From Vicugna vicugna (taxonomy: Eukaryota), in contig MU058444.1 in assembly GCA_013265495.1 (NCBI GenBank), positions 2,108,001 through 2,172,000 on the forward strand: 64,000 nucleotides of DNA. Reading direction: 5' to 3'. The stretch's first letter is position 1. The number at the start of each line of letters is the position of its first letter. A model generated the notes under the pieces. It saw only the letters and a program-made list of their open reading frames with translations. It had not been told where the DNA came from and did not search any database. A program made the position numbers and the translations under genes. Below are positions 47,730 through 60,585 of this stretch, piece by piece.

Positions 47730-50437
47730 TGCACGCAGACACACTGTCATATAGCAGAGACTGCACCTCTTTCTAATTAGTGAGACTTGTATGATCCTCT
47801 AAGCCACAGGGCTCACTGGAAGCGGGCTCTGTCTACATAACAGACAAGAAAAGACTTCCCAAATACTCCTTGAACAAACAGGGTCCTTGGAAACTTAACG
47901 CAAGGCCAGAAGCCAGTCAGGAAACCGTCCTTTCAAAAAACAAAGCACTGCAAGAATGCAGACATCCATGTGGAAACAGGAAAGCCTTCAACAAGAGCAC
48001 TCCAAAAATCTCTGAGTTAAGAACCCGCTTCTCCACTTCCAAAGAAAGGCTCTCTCTACCCTCCCCAGGCATTCTGGCTTTCTCAAAATGGCCATTTGGG
48101 GATCTGGAGACAGAGTGGGAGGGCTCAGAGGCAGGGTGGGAGGGAGACATGCAGTTACTCTGAGCACTATTAGCAGGCGCTTTACATGAGAAACTCTTTG
48201 GAAATGTATCATTAATCTTAGGAAGGTAAACAGCAATTTGCACTCTGATGTTTATCTGCTGAGAAAGCAGACCTCCAAAGAAATCCACTTCCAGCTTTTA
48301 AAGGACTCTGAAGTGCTCAAAATCTTGAAATTTGACCACTATCTACCTACCTACTTCCTAGGAAATTATTAGGAAGTTCCTTAGTGCTTTTCACCTTGCC
48401 ACCACCGAGATCCCTGAGAAGGAACCCTACGTTGATTAGGGGAACAAGAAACCCACGGACAACAATAGAGGTAAATGACATACCTCTCAGAGAACACTTT
48501 TTACTCCCACGGAAGCATCAGAAAGACGCTGCCAACGTCAAGATTACTAAACAGGTGTGTAAAACAGACTCGACCAAAACAGACACCTGAAGTTCAAAAA
48601 ACTGGTCTCCATAAAGCTCAGACATTCTGAAGGCACAGAAAGCAGCATTTCTGCGTTTGCCAAATCTCCCAACAAGAAGGGGCATGCTGTCCTGCAAGCC
48701 TGCCATCAGCGAGAAAAGCAAACACTGAGTCATCCCCGAGAGAATGAATGCAGTCATTGAAGAACCCAGTTCCCAACTCGGAGAATGAAACAGAAAAGCT
48801 GCCTTCAGGATGACACAGTCGCTTCAGCACAAAGGCGGCTGTGTAATGCCCTGATTTGGGGTAAGTCACCTCTCCTAGCGTCATATTTAACACTTTAAAG
48901 GAACTAAGACTTCAGTGGTTTCCCTCCATTCACATGATGCAGTGGACAAAAATGAACAAATAAGCAAGAAGTTTTTTAAGACCACTCTGAAAAAGCAGCA
49001 GGCGGAACGTGCTCAGAATCCCACCCCTCCCCCAGGGCCTCCTTTCAGCCCCCACCCTGCCTCTCTGTTTGTCTGAAGGTTCCAGAAGGTGCACGTGCTG
49101 TGACCTACCTGCCTTCTAGAAGCTTCCAGAAGCTGCCTTCCTGGGACCACACAACCCTTACGAACAAACTTCAGCTTTCTCCCACCTCCGGGAGATTTTC
49201 ATTTTCATTCCAAAGTTTTTATTTCCCTGTAATTTCTCCTTTTTGTGGAACTTTAACTGGAAATTTGATTCCATCTTGGGTTTGACAAAGCAAAGACCGC
49301 TAAGCTGTGGGTAGCCACGTTCCTGAATTACAGACTAGACGGTCGAGCATTCACTCTTCTGATTTCCCTGTTTTCTGGAAACCCTTCAAAATGATATAAT
49401 GTAACCCTCCGCCACCTAAAATCATACATACTAGTCTTGCATGGGGGAAAAAAAAGCCATTCCAACTCTTACTTGTATAAGGTAATCTTGTCTGAATGAC
49501 CCAATCTTCTTGGATGGCACGTTCTAAAAACATTTATTTATGTTTATATCCCACCTCTTCTTCATTAAATGATTAAAAATGGCTTACAAAGAAATAAAAA
49601 CATGAAGTGATAAGGCAGTTTTTAAATTAGACATATAAAACCAAGATAAGGCCATACGATGAAGCTGAAAGTAAGGCCAAAAAGTGTAAACCACTCATTT
49701 ACATGCTTGAGCGCCTTTAATTTGTTCCCAAAATGTAGGACAAAAAGGTATCAAATAAAGCGGCTATTGCCACGGTAAAAAATAATTTTGGCTAAAAGTA
49801 GTTCTTATGTCTCTTACAATATTCATCTTAAAAGACCATTCTCCCTGGAGTAAGCAGATATAATACACCCCCACAAGCATATACATATATGTTTATATGC
49901 ATATACATATACACACGGGCGTTTATATACAGGTGTGTATGCGGATATATACACACATACATACACAGTATGCACACTATATAGATGAATATACATGCTA
50001 TTCATATGTATCTATATTGATATATGTATATTTTTTCATGTATCTGTAATACAAAGATATCACCACCCACCAACAGCCAAACTAGCAGAATATTAAAACT
50101 GTGTAAGAGATTTTTTGGTATCAACACCCCAAAGTAACTCTGCAGTCCTCAGACACTTTGCCAATATATTAGCTCATGTAAGAACTAGACAGGATTCCAA
50201 GAGAGAATGTGATTTACACAGAGTCATAAATGGCTGAAGACCAGCACAAGAGACACCCTAAAGCTTCCACATTACATCAAGTCAAACACCAAAGAGCCCA
50301 ACTGCGAGGGACGTGACACAAAGTCAAAACACCTGGAAAGAAAGCCCTTGGAAATGGACATCGGCACTCACTGGAAGGGACACTGATAAAAGCCAGCTGG
50401 GAGAATCCATTAGTGCAGGCAGAAGATTACCAAATCC

Positions 50438-50715
50438 TAGTCAACAATCTTATGGTTACCAGGGGAAGGGGTGGGAAGGGATAAATTTGGGAGTTTGAAA
50501 CTTGCAAATGTTAACCACTATATATAAAAATAGATTTAAAAAAAACAAACTTCTTCTGTAGAGCACAGGGAACTATATTCAATATCTTGTCATAACCTTT
50601 AATGAAAAAGAATATGAAAAGGAATATATGTATGTATATGCGTGACTGGGACACTGTGCTGTACACCAGAAACTGACACATTGTAACTGATTATATACTC
50701 CAATTAAAAAAAAAT
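50438..50715 (+). mobile_element. L1 3'UTR fragment
   Basis: Same family as 54160, 56155 and 62800. Confidence 0.82.
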
Positions 50716-50989
50716 TTTTTAAAGCGCACATGGAACAAGACACGTCACAGCTCCTCCATCACCTAAACACACACACACACGGTTCTGAGGTTTCCTGAGG
50801 GCTTTTCTGTGCTGAAAACAATCTGGAAAATAGGCATAGAGTGAAAACAACATACAAGCCATAAATGACAGCTTTTCAAATAGCATAAATTACTGCTCCT
50901 CCGTTCTGAACCCTCCCTTCTTCAGCTTGTGGTAAAGTTACCAGCTGGATGTCTTATAAAATAATAACAGTAACAAAAACCACAGCGGG

Positions 50990-51230
50990 GATTACTCTAT
51001 GTTGATACCTACTGTTGCAGCAGGCAATGCACTGAGGGCTTTAAAAGCATTATCTCACTGAATCCTCTCAACAGCCCTCAGCAGTAGGGTGTGTGATCAT
51101 CCTGAACTTACAGAGGGAAAAAACTGAAGCTTAAGGCGCTTACATAACTTGAACACAAAGCAGAATCTGACAAGAGGCAGTCCGTACTTGAACCCAGGTC
51201 TGTCTCCGTGCAAAGCCCGGGCAATATGCC
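50990..51230. mobile_element. MIR relic
   Basis: tctcactgaatcctctcaacagccct...ttacagagggaaaaaactgaagctt...ttgaacccaggtctgtct. Confidence 0.6.
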
Positions 51231-52019
51231 GCATTATAAACTGAGAACTAATCAAACAGGAACATCCAAGGTGAAGCTGAGAAATCAAGATAAAGCACAG
51301 AGGCATTCTGGGGAAAATGATGGTGACAGTTAACGCCCATGAAGAAACACAGGAAAGCGTACGTGTGAACGTGTGTGCGCCCCAGCACACTCAGAAAAAT
51401 AAACCCTAAGAAATAAGACGTAGTTCCAGCTTCTTACCAAAACAGTGCTCATCGGCATATACTACACAGACGGCTCCCACACTTGGAATGGGTTTATCCA
51501 GACTGAGGAAGGCTCGGTCATCTGATTTTTAACAAGGTTCGCCCCCTCCAGCAGGTGATTCTTATCAGGGAAGTTGGCAACTAAGCCAACTTAGAAATCC
51601 TCTTGTCTCTAATAAATCTTTCATTTTCTTTCAAAATTATTAACATTTTGTATTGGAAAAAAACCCCTCAGTAACATAATTCTATATAACAAGACAAACA
51701 CATATCACAGAAACAAATATGCCTTATGCCCCCAACCAGGAGACAGGGGACCTTTTCACTCTTTTCCAGTGTTGGTTTTTATTGTTTAAATCTAGCGGTA
51801 AAGGACATATTTAGGATTGGGGGTGGCGGCAATTCATGCTGGTCTAACTCTAGAATACACTATGAAATGACGGTGTCTGGAAAAGACACTATTTCAGTAA
51901 CAGATTTTTTTTTAATTAAAATCCAAACCACTTATATAAACTTTGTGATTTGAGATATCTGATCACCTGAAAGGACACTGAGCAACAATTTTCTTTCTCA
52001 ATTGGAAAAAGAAAAAGAA

Positions 52020-52220
52020 AAAGAAAGTAGAATGGTGGGTGATCGGGTCAGGGGGGAGGAGGACTGAGGAGTTACTGTTTAATGAGCTCAGAGTTTCAGT
52101 TTTGCAAGAGGAAGAGTTCTGGAGACGCATGGTGGTGACAGCTGACAGCACCATGAATGTACTTAATATTGTGAACTGTCCTCTTAAAAAATGGTTAAGA
52201 TGGTAAACTTTATGCTCTGC
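52020..52220 (+). mobile_element. Old L1M 3'UTR fragment
   Basis: agtagaatggtgg...gagttactgtttaatg...agagtttcagttttgcaag...aaatggttaagatggtaaactttatg. Confidence 0.75.
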
Positions 52221-52223
52221 ACC

Positions 52224-52422
52224 ATGGTCCCTCAGATTCTGAGGCAGGCTGGCTCCAGGAACCCCCTAGATCCCTGAGTCCGCGGATGCTCAAGTCCCTA
52301 ACTGTCCCCACGGTACTGGCGTTTCCGTAGCAGTGGATTCAACCAACCCCAGATGGACTGTGTAGTATTTTTGATAGGCTGAATCGCAGATCTGGGACCT
52401 ACCGATCCCAGAGGGCCGACCA
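52224..52422. mobile_element. MER2/Tigger-group non-autonomous DNA transposon
   Basis: Terminal inverted repeats ggtccctc...gagggcc; ccgcggatgctcaagtccct; ggattcaaccaacc. Confidence 0.7.
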
Positions 52423-52914
52423 TGTATTTCATGTATATTTTAAAACTTGGACAGAACTGTTAAAGACAATTTTTACATATTTGAGGGGAAAGGTGATACT
52501 GCGGTGGAAAAAAAATGAACAGGGCTGTGATTCAGGTGTCCTATGATTCAGTCCAAACTTGCTGTGACTTTGAACACACATCCAGAAACCTGGGTCTCAG
52601 TTCCTGTCCACAAAAAATGAAAATCTGAAATTACCAAGAATCATCTAGAATTCCAGTCATCCGGAGGAAGCATCCGGAAATGGGGGAGGGGAGAGTGGGC
52701 GGTTGGGGGGTTGCTGCCGCCATGAGATCTGAAGAACCCACTGACGTGTCCAAGGTCTCAATAGAGGATTCTTGTGAAAGGACGTGTGAAACTTTGTATA
52801 AAGAGCCATGTACACAGGGTAATGGTGTGCTATTAAGAAAGACACTAATAGGTACTAATAGTATCCAATAGCTGCTATACTATTGAGAAGTACCCACTGG
52901 ATACTTCAACTAAC

Positions 52915-53134
52915 ATTTTTTTAAATTTTTAATTAAATTTTTGAATTTAAATAAGTTTTTGATTAAATTCAAAAATTTAATTAAAATTTTTCATTAAAAT
53001 TTAAAATTGAATTAAATTTAAATTTAACTAAAATTTAAAATTAATTTCATTAATTTTAAAACTTATTTAAATTATTTTTAATTAAAAATTTAAGAATTTT
53101 TAATTCTTAATGAGAATTTTTTTAAAAATTTTAA
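52915..53134. repeat. Extremely AT-rich low-complexity tract with a perfect 24-bp inverted repeat
   Basis: Arms at 52927-52950 and 52963-52986. Confidence 0.9.
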
Positions 53135-54161
53135 AGTACCTATTATGTAAACAATGTAACAAAATGTAATCAGAGAAAGCATAACTTGGTGCTTTAGTAT
53201 GCTAATTACAGATAATTCTCCCGTCAACCAAGGAGCAGTGCATCCATTCGCTCAGTATTTAACAAGCGTCTACCACGTGCAGGGCATTGAGGCGCTAAGC
53301 GCAGGGGGCTGCGCAGACAGGGAGCAGGGAACTCAAGGCTCCAAGGGGAGCTGGGAGGAAACCAGGAGAGCACGTGGTGGAAGAGCCCCATGGGGACAGA
53401 TGAGGCTGGATGGATGGCAGGGAGCCCAGTGATGCCGAATCTCAAGAACTTCTTCCAAGATTTTGAATGTTTTGCCAAGAACTATGGAAAACCACTGAAA
53501 TGCATGAAGGAGGATTCAGAGGTTAAAGGGTCAGATCCGAGGACAGAAGGAGAAGAAACTTAAAGTGGTGAAAAGTGCCCCGCCAGAGTCCAGGCAGAGC
53601 CCAGGATGCCTTGCAGAAAAACAGGGCAGCGGTGGGGAGAGGGGACGGATGGGAGATACCCAGAAGGTCAAATGCACGGAGCTTAGTTTTACAGCACTGG
53701 TTCCAGGAACCAGGGCGGAGGAATGGACGAGAGTCCACACAGAGAGGAGAGAAAGGCAAACTGGGGACCTCGAAGAACCACCCCCTGCCCCTATCCACTG
53801 TCCTGCAGAAGGGGCCGAGTCTGGAAAGGGCGCTGAGCCACAACCGCCCCAGTACCAGGAGGAAAAGTAGGGCAAAAAAAGAAAAAGAACATTTCGCCAA
53901 GAAAAGACGGTCAGCAGGGCCAAATGCTGAGCAGCAGGATGAAGCCTGGAAAACATGCACTGGATTCATCCACATTTACCCTGAAATCACTCGTGACCCT
54001 GGCAGAAGTGGTGTGGGCGGATTACGGCAGATGGGAGTGGAGGGAAGAAATGAACACCGAGGGTGTGGACAACTCTTGAGACGTTCAGCCTCTGAAGAAA
54101 GAAATGATATAAGGCAGGAGATGGGAAAAAGCGTGTTTTTTTTTTTAATTGTGTGCTGTTT

Positions 54162-54470
54162 TCAAATGAACTTACTCACAAAACAGAAACAGACTCACAG
54201 ACATAGAGAACAAACATATGATTACCAGTGGGGAAGGGGGTGGGAAAGGATAAACTGGGAGTTCGAGATTTGCAGATACAAACTACTATATATAAAATAG
54301 ATAAACACCAAGTTTCTACTGTATAGCCCAGGGAACTACATTCAATATCTTGTAGTAACCTATAAAGAGAAAGAATGTGAAAAAAGTATATGTATGCATA
54401 TGCATAACTGAAACATGATGCTGTACACCAGAAATTGACACACTGTAACTAACTATAAAAATAAATAAAT
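54162..54470 (+). mobile_element. L1 3'UTR fragment
   Basis: aaatgaacttactcacaaaacagaaacagactcacagac...gctgtacaccagaaattgacac. Confidence 0.85.
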
Positions 54471-56111
54471 GGTGTGTTGTTTTATTAATAAAGAGGCTTC
54501 AGGGTGCTTACAATCCAATGAGGAGATCTGCGGAGAGAGAAAAGTTTACTCTAATGAGAAGGGAAGTTTCTGAGGTAGGAGTTGAGATGAGATCTAGGAC
54601 AGGAGAGGAGGGGGGCCGGCCTCAGACAGGTGGACAGAGGATTCCCGCCGAGCCGGCTACGTGGATGAGAGGAAGGTGGGTTTGCATCTTTGGTAGCAAA
54701 AAGAAAGTCTTCCCACCTGCTGGCTTCAAAACCCTTTGGAAGCAGGAGTTGAGGTCATCAGGGAGGAGGTGAAGGTGGTGTGAGGGAGAGAAGGGGTGGA
54801 TTAACATGTGGGGAAAGAGGCCGCTGCTCAGAGCCACGTGAGCCGGGAGCCCGCCCTGAAGTCTGACTGTCTCCGCCGTGCGTCACTGCCTAGGGACAGG
54901 CACAGACTGAGCAGACACCTGGGCTCATGCAGGTCAGGCTCCGCTGGAAAACTGGTATGTACTCAGCAGCAGGCAGGAAACCGAAAGGGATTTTGTGGGA
55001 GTTTAAAAAAAAAGAGAGAGAGAAAAGAAAAAGAAAAAAACCCATTTACTTGGAGATTAGTCTAAGCATAACCTCTGCCCTCCAGAACACAGCTTACCGA
55101 CTCTGCCACTGACATCTGTGCTCAGAGAGGTCACACAGTAAGAAAATACATTCAATGTGTCTGTGTACTCATCGCTGGGACACTGTGCTGTACACCAGAA
55201 ATTGACACATTGTAACTGACTATACTTCAATTAAAAAAAAAATACATTCAGATGCCTCGCTTGTCCTCTGAGGGCAAGACAGCTAGCATAACAAATTCCT
55301 GAAGATGACTGTTTGGACTAAATCATGTTCAGGCTTAGCATATTCTTACTGTTCTTATTGGTGGAAAAATGATCTCCCCTCGGACCCGCCCCTCAGAGAA
55401 AAAAAAAAGATCTGGAACATGATCCTCCCTTTCCCCCTAATAAACCTGAACGTGAAGGAGACCCACCCACGGCTGTGTAACTGGGTGTAGCTATTGCTTT
55501 ATGCTCATATTTGGGTACATTTTGTTGGAGAAACAAAGCCAAGAGCCCCAAGGTAGCAACAAGCTATGAAGGTAACTTTCCCTTCTCTCCAAACTAGATG
55601 CCCGAATTCACTTCAAACATTCTTCTGATTTTTTTTTCTACAAAGGGACTCTCAACCAGCAACAAGGCAGAACGCAAAGGCTGAGAAACACTGTAATTCA
55701 CAGCAAGCTTTGTTAGCGCTTCAAGATTAGAATCTAATGCTGGACATTTTTAAAAACTACCTAAATGAATTGAGACTTTCGCTTCACAAAGAGCAATTAA
55801 CCCCATAATAGCCTCATGGACTTTAGTTAAAGCACAGAGAATGGGACTGATTTTGGTAGAGGAGTAACTTTTTCAGGGCCTACATTTCAGTGAACTTACG
55901 AGAGTAAACTGTAAGTAAATCTAGGAGTTAAATACCACCCTCTCCCGCTAAAAAAAAAAAAAGGCGGGTGGGGGGTGTATCAGCTTAATTACTCTGGTAG
56001 AAACTATTAAACTACTGCTGTCAGAGAGTAACATGAGACTCTGAGTCTAAAAATGAGCCCAAAGAAGAGATGCTGCAAGAAAACAGAGGGACCTATCAAA
56101 GAGCAGCAGAT

Positions 56112-56155
56112 GCTGGATTCAGAGTTCAGAGTGCTCACCATCACACCATGGAGCC
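56112..56155 (-). pseudogene. tRNA-Gln(CTG) 5'-half fragment
   Basis: GGCTCCATGGTGTGATGGTGAGCACTCTGAACTCTGAATCCAGC closely matches the 5' 44 nt of mammalian tRNA-Gln(CTG); no T arm. Confidence 0.8.
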
Positions 56156-56795
56156 ATATGATCCAGCCATCCCACTCCTGGGCACATATCTGGAGGGAAC
56201 TGCACCCCAATGTTCACAGCAGCACTATTTACAATAGCCAAGACATGGAAGCAACCTAAGTGTCCATCGACAGATGACTGGATAAAGAAGTTGTAGTGTA
56301 TTTATACAACAGAATACTACTCAGCCATAAAAAGGAATAAAATAATGCCGTTTGCAGCAACATGGATGGACCTGGAGATGGTTATTCTAAGTGAAGTTAG
56401 CCAGAAAGAGAAAGAAAAATACCACAAGATATCACTTGTATGTGAAATCTAAAAAAAAAGATAAATGAACTTATTTACAAAACAGAAACAGACTTGCAGA
56501 TATAGAAAACAAATCTATGGTTACTGGGGAGGATGCGGGGGAGGGACACATTGGGAGTTCAAGATTTGCAGATTCTAACTACTATATATAAAACAGATAA
56601 ACAACAAGTTTCTACTGTAGAGCACAGGGAACTATATTCAATATCTTGTAGTAACCTGTAACGAAAAAGAATATGAAAATGAATCTATGTATGTATATGC
56701 ATGTCTGGGACATGATGCTGTACACCAGAAATTGACACAACACTGTAAACTGACTATAATTCAATTAAAAAATAAAAGATAAAAAAATAAAATAA
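56154..56795 (+). mobile_element. L1 3' fragment (~640 bp) with A-rich tail
   Basis: ccatatgatccagccatcccactcctggg...aatgttcacagcagcactatttacaatagccaagacatggaagcaacc. Confidence 0.9.
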
Positions 56796-58947
56796 GCAGA
56801 TATTTCCTCTCAATACTTACATGTTAAACTGCACTCCCCAGTTGCAAGGAAAAATACACAGAAAAATACTAAAAGGAGTCAGCAGATGTGGGCACTAACT
56901 CACTCGCTTGGCTACAGATGGATTAAAAGCAGCCATGTGAGTTCTTCAAGATTTTAAAGTGTGAGAATGCTTAGAAACCACCCATTCATGCTCTCAGAGT
57001 TCAACGTTTTAAGTTTATTTACTAAGGGAAATAAGGAGTTTGATTCTGCCTCGCAAATTGAAAAGTTTATGATTTTAAAAACAATTAAGAACCGTCAGGG
57101 CCCTGCCTGCGGCCACACACACCTTACCTGGTGTGCACGCCCACACCTTCACATGCGTATACACCCTCATACCTCTGGTTCTGCAGCCTGAGGGCAGACC
57201 AGGTTCTGGCAGAAAAGAATCACCAAAGTCTACAGTAATCTTACTTCCTGTAGGAATATTTCAAACCCTACAGGGCCTCCTCCCAGTATTAAACTAGTCC
57301 AACCCAGTTCAGCCTGTAAGGTGTGACTGAATCCAAAGTACGAGGCTGAATCACCACCTCCAGGTCCTATGAAACGAGCTGACTCAGACCACAGCCCTCA
57401 CTCTCACCTGCCCAATGACAGCATCTTTGAACACTTCCTATAACAAAACATGACGGTCTCAGTAAGTTCTAATTCAGAATGCAAATAATGAACCAAATAG
57501 TCACTACTCAGCTCCACACTTGGACAAGTGAAGAACTCCTGAAGTAAGAGAATATTTACATTCCTGCTCCTGAACACAACCTATTCCAAAAATTGTTGAG
57601 TCTTGCTTGGGGGATATATTTAAAACATGCTTGTGCAAAGAAATGCCAGGGGCCTTAAAAGGAGATTTAATAAATGAATGAAGGGCAAGCAGAAACTAGT
57701 GAGCAGAAAGAATCTCTCTTCAAAATAGCCTCGGCATTTCAGGCCTGACATACTTGATGTCTTGTCGTGTGGCCACCCCAGGCTCGCCCGGCCCCAGGGC
57801 ACCGCTGCGTGGTTCTCCCTGGCCTGTGGGCATCCATTCGTGTCCCTGCCTGTCAGACGGGCCAGTTTTCCACGCTGAGCGACACTGGGTGCTGCTGTGT
57901 TGGAGCTTGGCTTCCATCAGTGTTCCAGGGCAGACAGCTACTTGGAGAGGCTGATAAAGTCAGGCCAGCTGGGGACTGAGCTTCAGGCTGGAGATAACTT
58001 ATTTCCCGCAGAAGAAAAAGGTCCATCTTACTGTGACTCTGAGCACATGTCAGTGACAGCACAGAGCTCTCGGCTGAACCTCGGCTCTAACACCTGCCCC
58101 TGAAGCACGTGGACCACCTACCGCCAGGAATTTCTCTCCTTCTATATCTGTCTTACGCTTGGCAGTTTATTAGCCGACTGGTGTCTAGAGGATACTTCTA
58201 GAATCCCTTGGCTACTGGGTCTCCGTTAATTCTGCTTGATCCTCTCTTGCTTTTAAGCTCCTTACTCATCAAATGCTCGTGACATCCTTTTGATCTAAGT
58301 CCGGCAAATCCAAGTCTTCTTTGTTATTCTTTGGAATGAAAAGCAAGGTGACGGGCAACAGAGGCTTATTTACGAAGATTTCTTAACCGGTGTGGTTTTC
58401 AGTGAAAAGGTTTCAATAGGCTTGAAAGAAAATTTAAACACTATAAACCAAACAAGCAGAAATGAGTGCAGATACACGCACTAGTATTTCTCTTATTTGA
58501 ATCCTTTGCACTGAAAACTGAACATAGCAAATGGACGTTCCTAGGAGGAACTGGGAAGAGAATTTTCTAAGTCGGAATTCATATAAAAACAATGCCTTTC
58601 TCAGTGACCTATTTAAACAGAACCTATAGAAAGCATCCCCTGTAATCTCTTCCACTAAATCCTATTACTTAATCCTTCTGCCTACCCATTGCCCAACCCA
58701 GGCTCTCCATCCTCTGGAGGAAAACATGACGCACTAAAACTACAGAAAAGCTCATTTGTCAATTTCCTCTTACTGCTACTGAGTGTTTGAATGTTCTCTT
58801 ATCATCCACAATTTCCCTCACTACGTGAAGTTGTTGGCGACGCTGTTTTCAGAAACAGTGGATTCTAAGTCAAACAATTAATGTGGTCCCTTGATAATTT
58901 CTTACAAGGGACCAAGATCTTAGTTGGCCGTTATATATGGTACTATT

Positions 58948-59503
58948 TATTGGATAGGGCAGGGGTCCCTGGAGAAACAGAACCAGGCATGGCTTTCTTG
59001 ACATAAGAGAAGCCATCTTGGTCCAAGCCATTTGGGGAGCTAAGCCTGGCCACCAAGCTTGCCCTTAAACAGGTCTCACTAATAACGATCTTAAGGGAAC
59101 AGAAGAATGCAGAAACAGGGACTGTTATCAGGCAAGAGAAGTAACAGCAAAGATAATCCACTATAAAGATCTCCCGTTCTGTTTCAGTGGTAAAGACTGG
59201 CCTGAAGCCTCAACCACCAGATCAACTGGAACCTAAGGGAGAATGACGCCGACCTAGAATTTCTGACTTCAATCAACTAACTAAAGCTTGGACCCTGTCG
59301 ACTGCCCAAGCCCCTTCATGAATATGCACATACCCTTAGCTTAAAATCTCCCTACTTTTGTTGTTCAGGGAGATCTCTGGCCGAGATCCCCAGTGTTCTC
59401 CGTACTTGCTGCCAGTAATAAATCCTGCGTTCTCCACTCTTTGGCTTGGCTGTGTCTTTTGGCTCGACGCCCACCCAGAGGCGAGCCCAGTTTTCGGGTA
59501 ACA
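58948..59503 (+). mobile_element. ERV solo LTR (~555 bp)
   Basis: TATA-like TTAAAA at 59341, AATAAA at ~59417, U5-like end gggtaaca. Confidence 0.65.
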
Positions 59504-60274
59504 ATTTCTTAAATTCATCAAGCATTTTCATATGTCTTGGCTGAATGCCATTGGTCTCCAAGGACGCACTACCACAACGGCTCTGGGCAACAGTTCCATT
59601 ATCTGGATATCCACGCTGTCTACGGGGAATTACGCATTTACACAGAAGTTTATGAGGACTTGAGAATCCAGAGTAATCATTTCCATTATGTGAAAGGTAT
59701 GTGATCTGTACTAGCTACCCTTTTGAGCCTCGGTTTAACAATTTAACAATCTGACAACTTAATAAATTGACAAAATGGAAACAGAGCCATCTATTTTGCA
59801 GGACTGTGATATTTAAAAAAAAAACAAAAACTGACGCATGGTCAACATCCTGCAACTATTTCTTGGGCACCTGCTACGTGATGGTTTCTTTTTACCTGCA
59901 TGGAACATTTTTATTGCATAACATCTACAAATTAGTCTCATGATGTAAAATTCTCTTCGTTTTCATTTCCCATGATAGTTCTTTCAAGAAACAGAATTTT
60001 AGAAAATTAAGTTTCTGTGGAACTTTTAGAACAACTGCATTGTTAGTAAAGGGCTGCTCACTGGGGTTAGCAAACACTGGCTCTGATTCCAAAAGTCGTA
60101 TCTGTGTGGGACACTAATAGAAATAGGCTAGACAGTCCAAATTAATGTGCTTGACCAACAGCTTTTGACAGCATTTACATTAACATGGAATCCAAAGGGT
60201 GTTAGTGTTCTGCCCATTTCAGGCCAATATTTCTAAATCTTTGGATAACATCATGTACATTACGTACAGACATT

Positions 60275-60585
60275 ATCATGCACCTCTGTATCTGTGGTTT
60301 CTGCATCCTCGGATTCAACGAACCATGGATCAGAAATATTTGAAAAAATTCCAGAAAGTTCCAAAAAGCAAAACTAGAACTTGCTGTGTGCTGGCAGCTA
60401 TTTACACAGCGTTTACATTGCATTCGTTGTCAAAAGTAACCTAGAGATGACTTAAAGTACGCAGAGGATGCGTACTGGTTACATGTGGACACTGCGCCAT
60501 TTCACATAGAGGACTGGAGCATCCTGGCACCTTGTTACCTGCAGGGGTCCAAGGACCAAACCCCATGGATACCAAGGGACAACTA
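60275..60585. mobile_element. MER2/Tigger-group DNA transposon
   Basis: cctctgtatctgtgg...ggattcaacgaacc...ccccatggataccaagggacaact. Confidence 0.75.

Noticed and set aside
53523..54300. Overlapping 141-241 aa ORFs
   Set aside because: Purine-rich old-repeat-like sequence running into an L1 3'UTR; no recognisable protein
55936..55977. GC stem around a poly-A run, resembling an intrinsic terminator
   Set aside because: Mammalian intron context and an imperfect stem; no support for function
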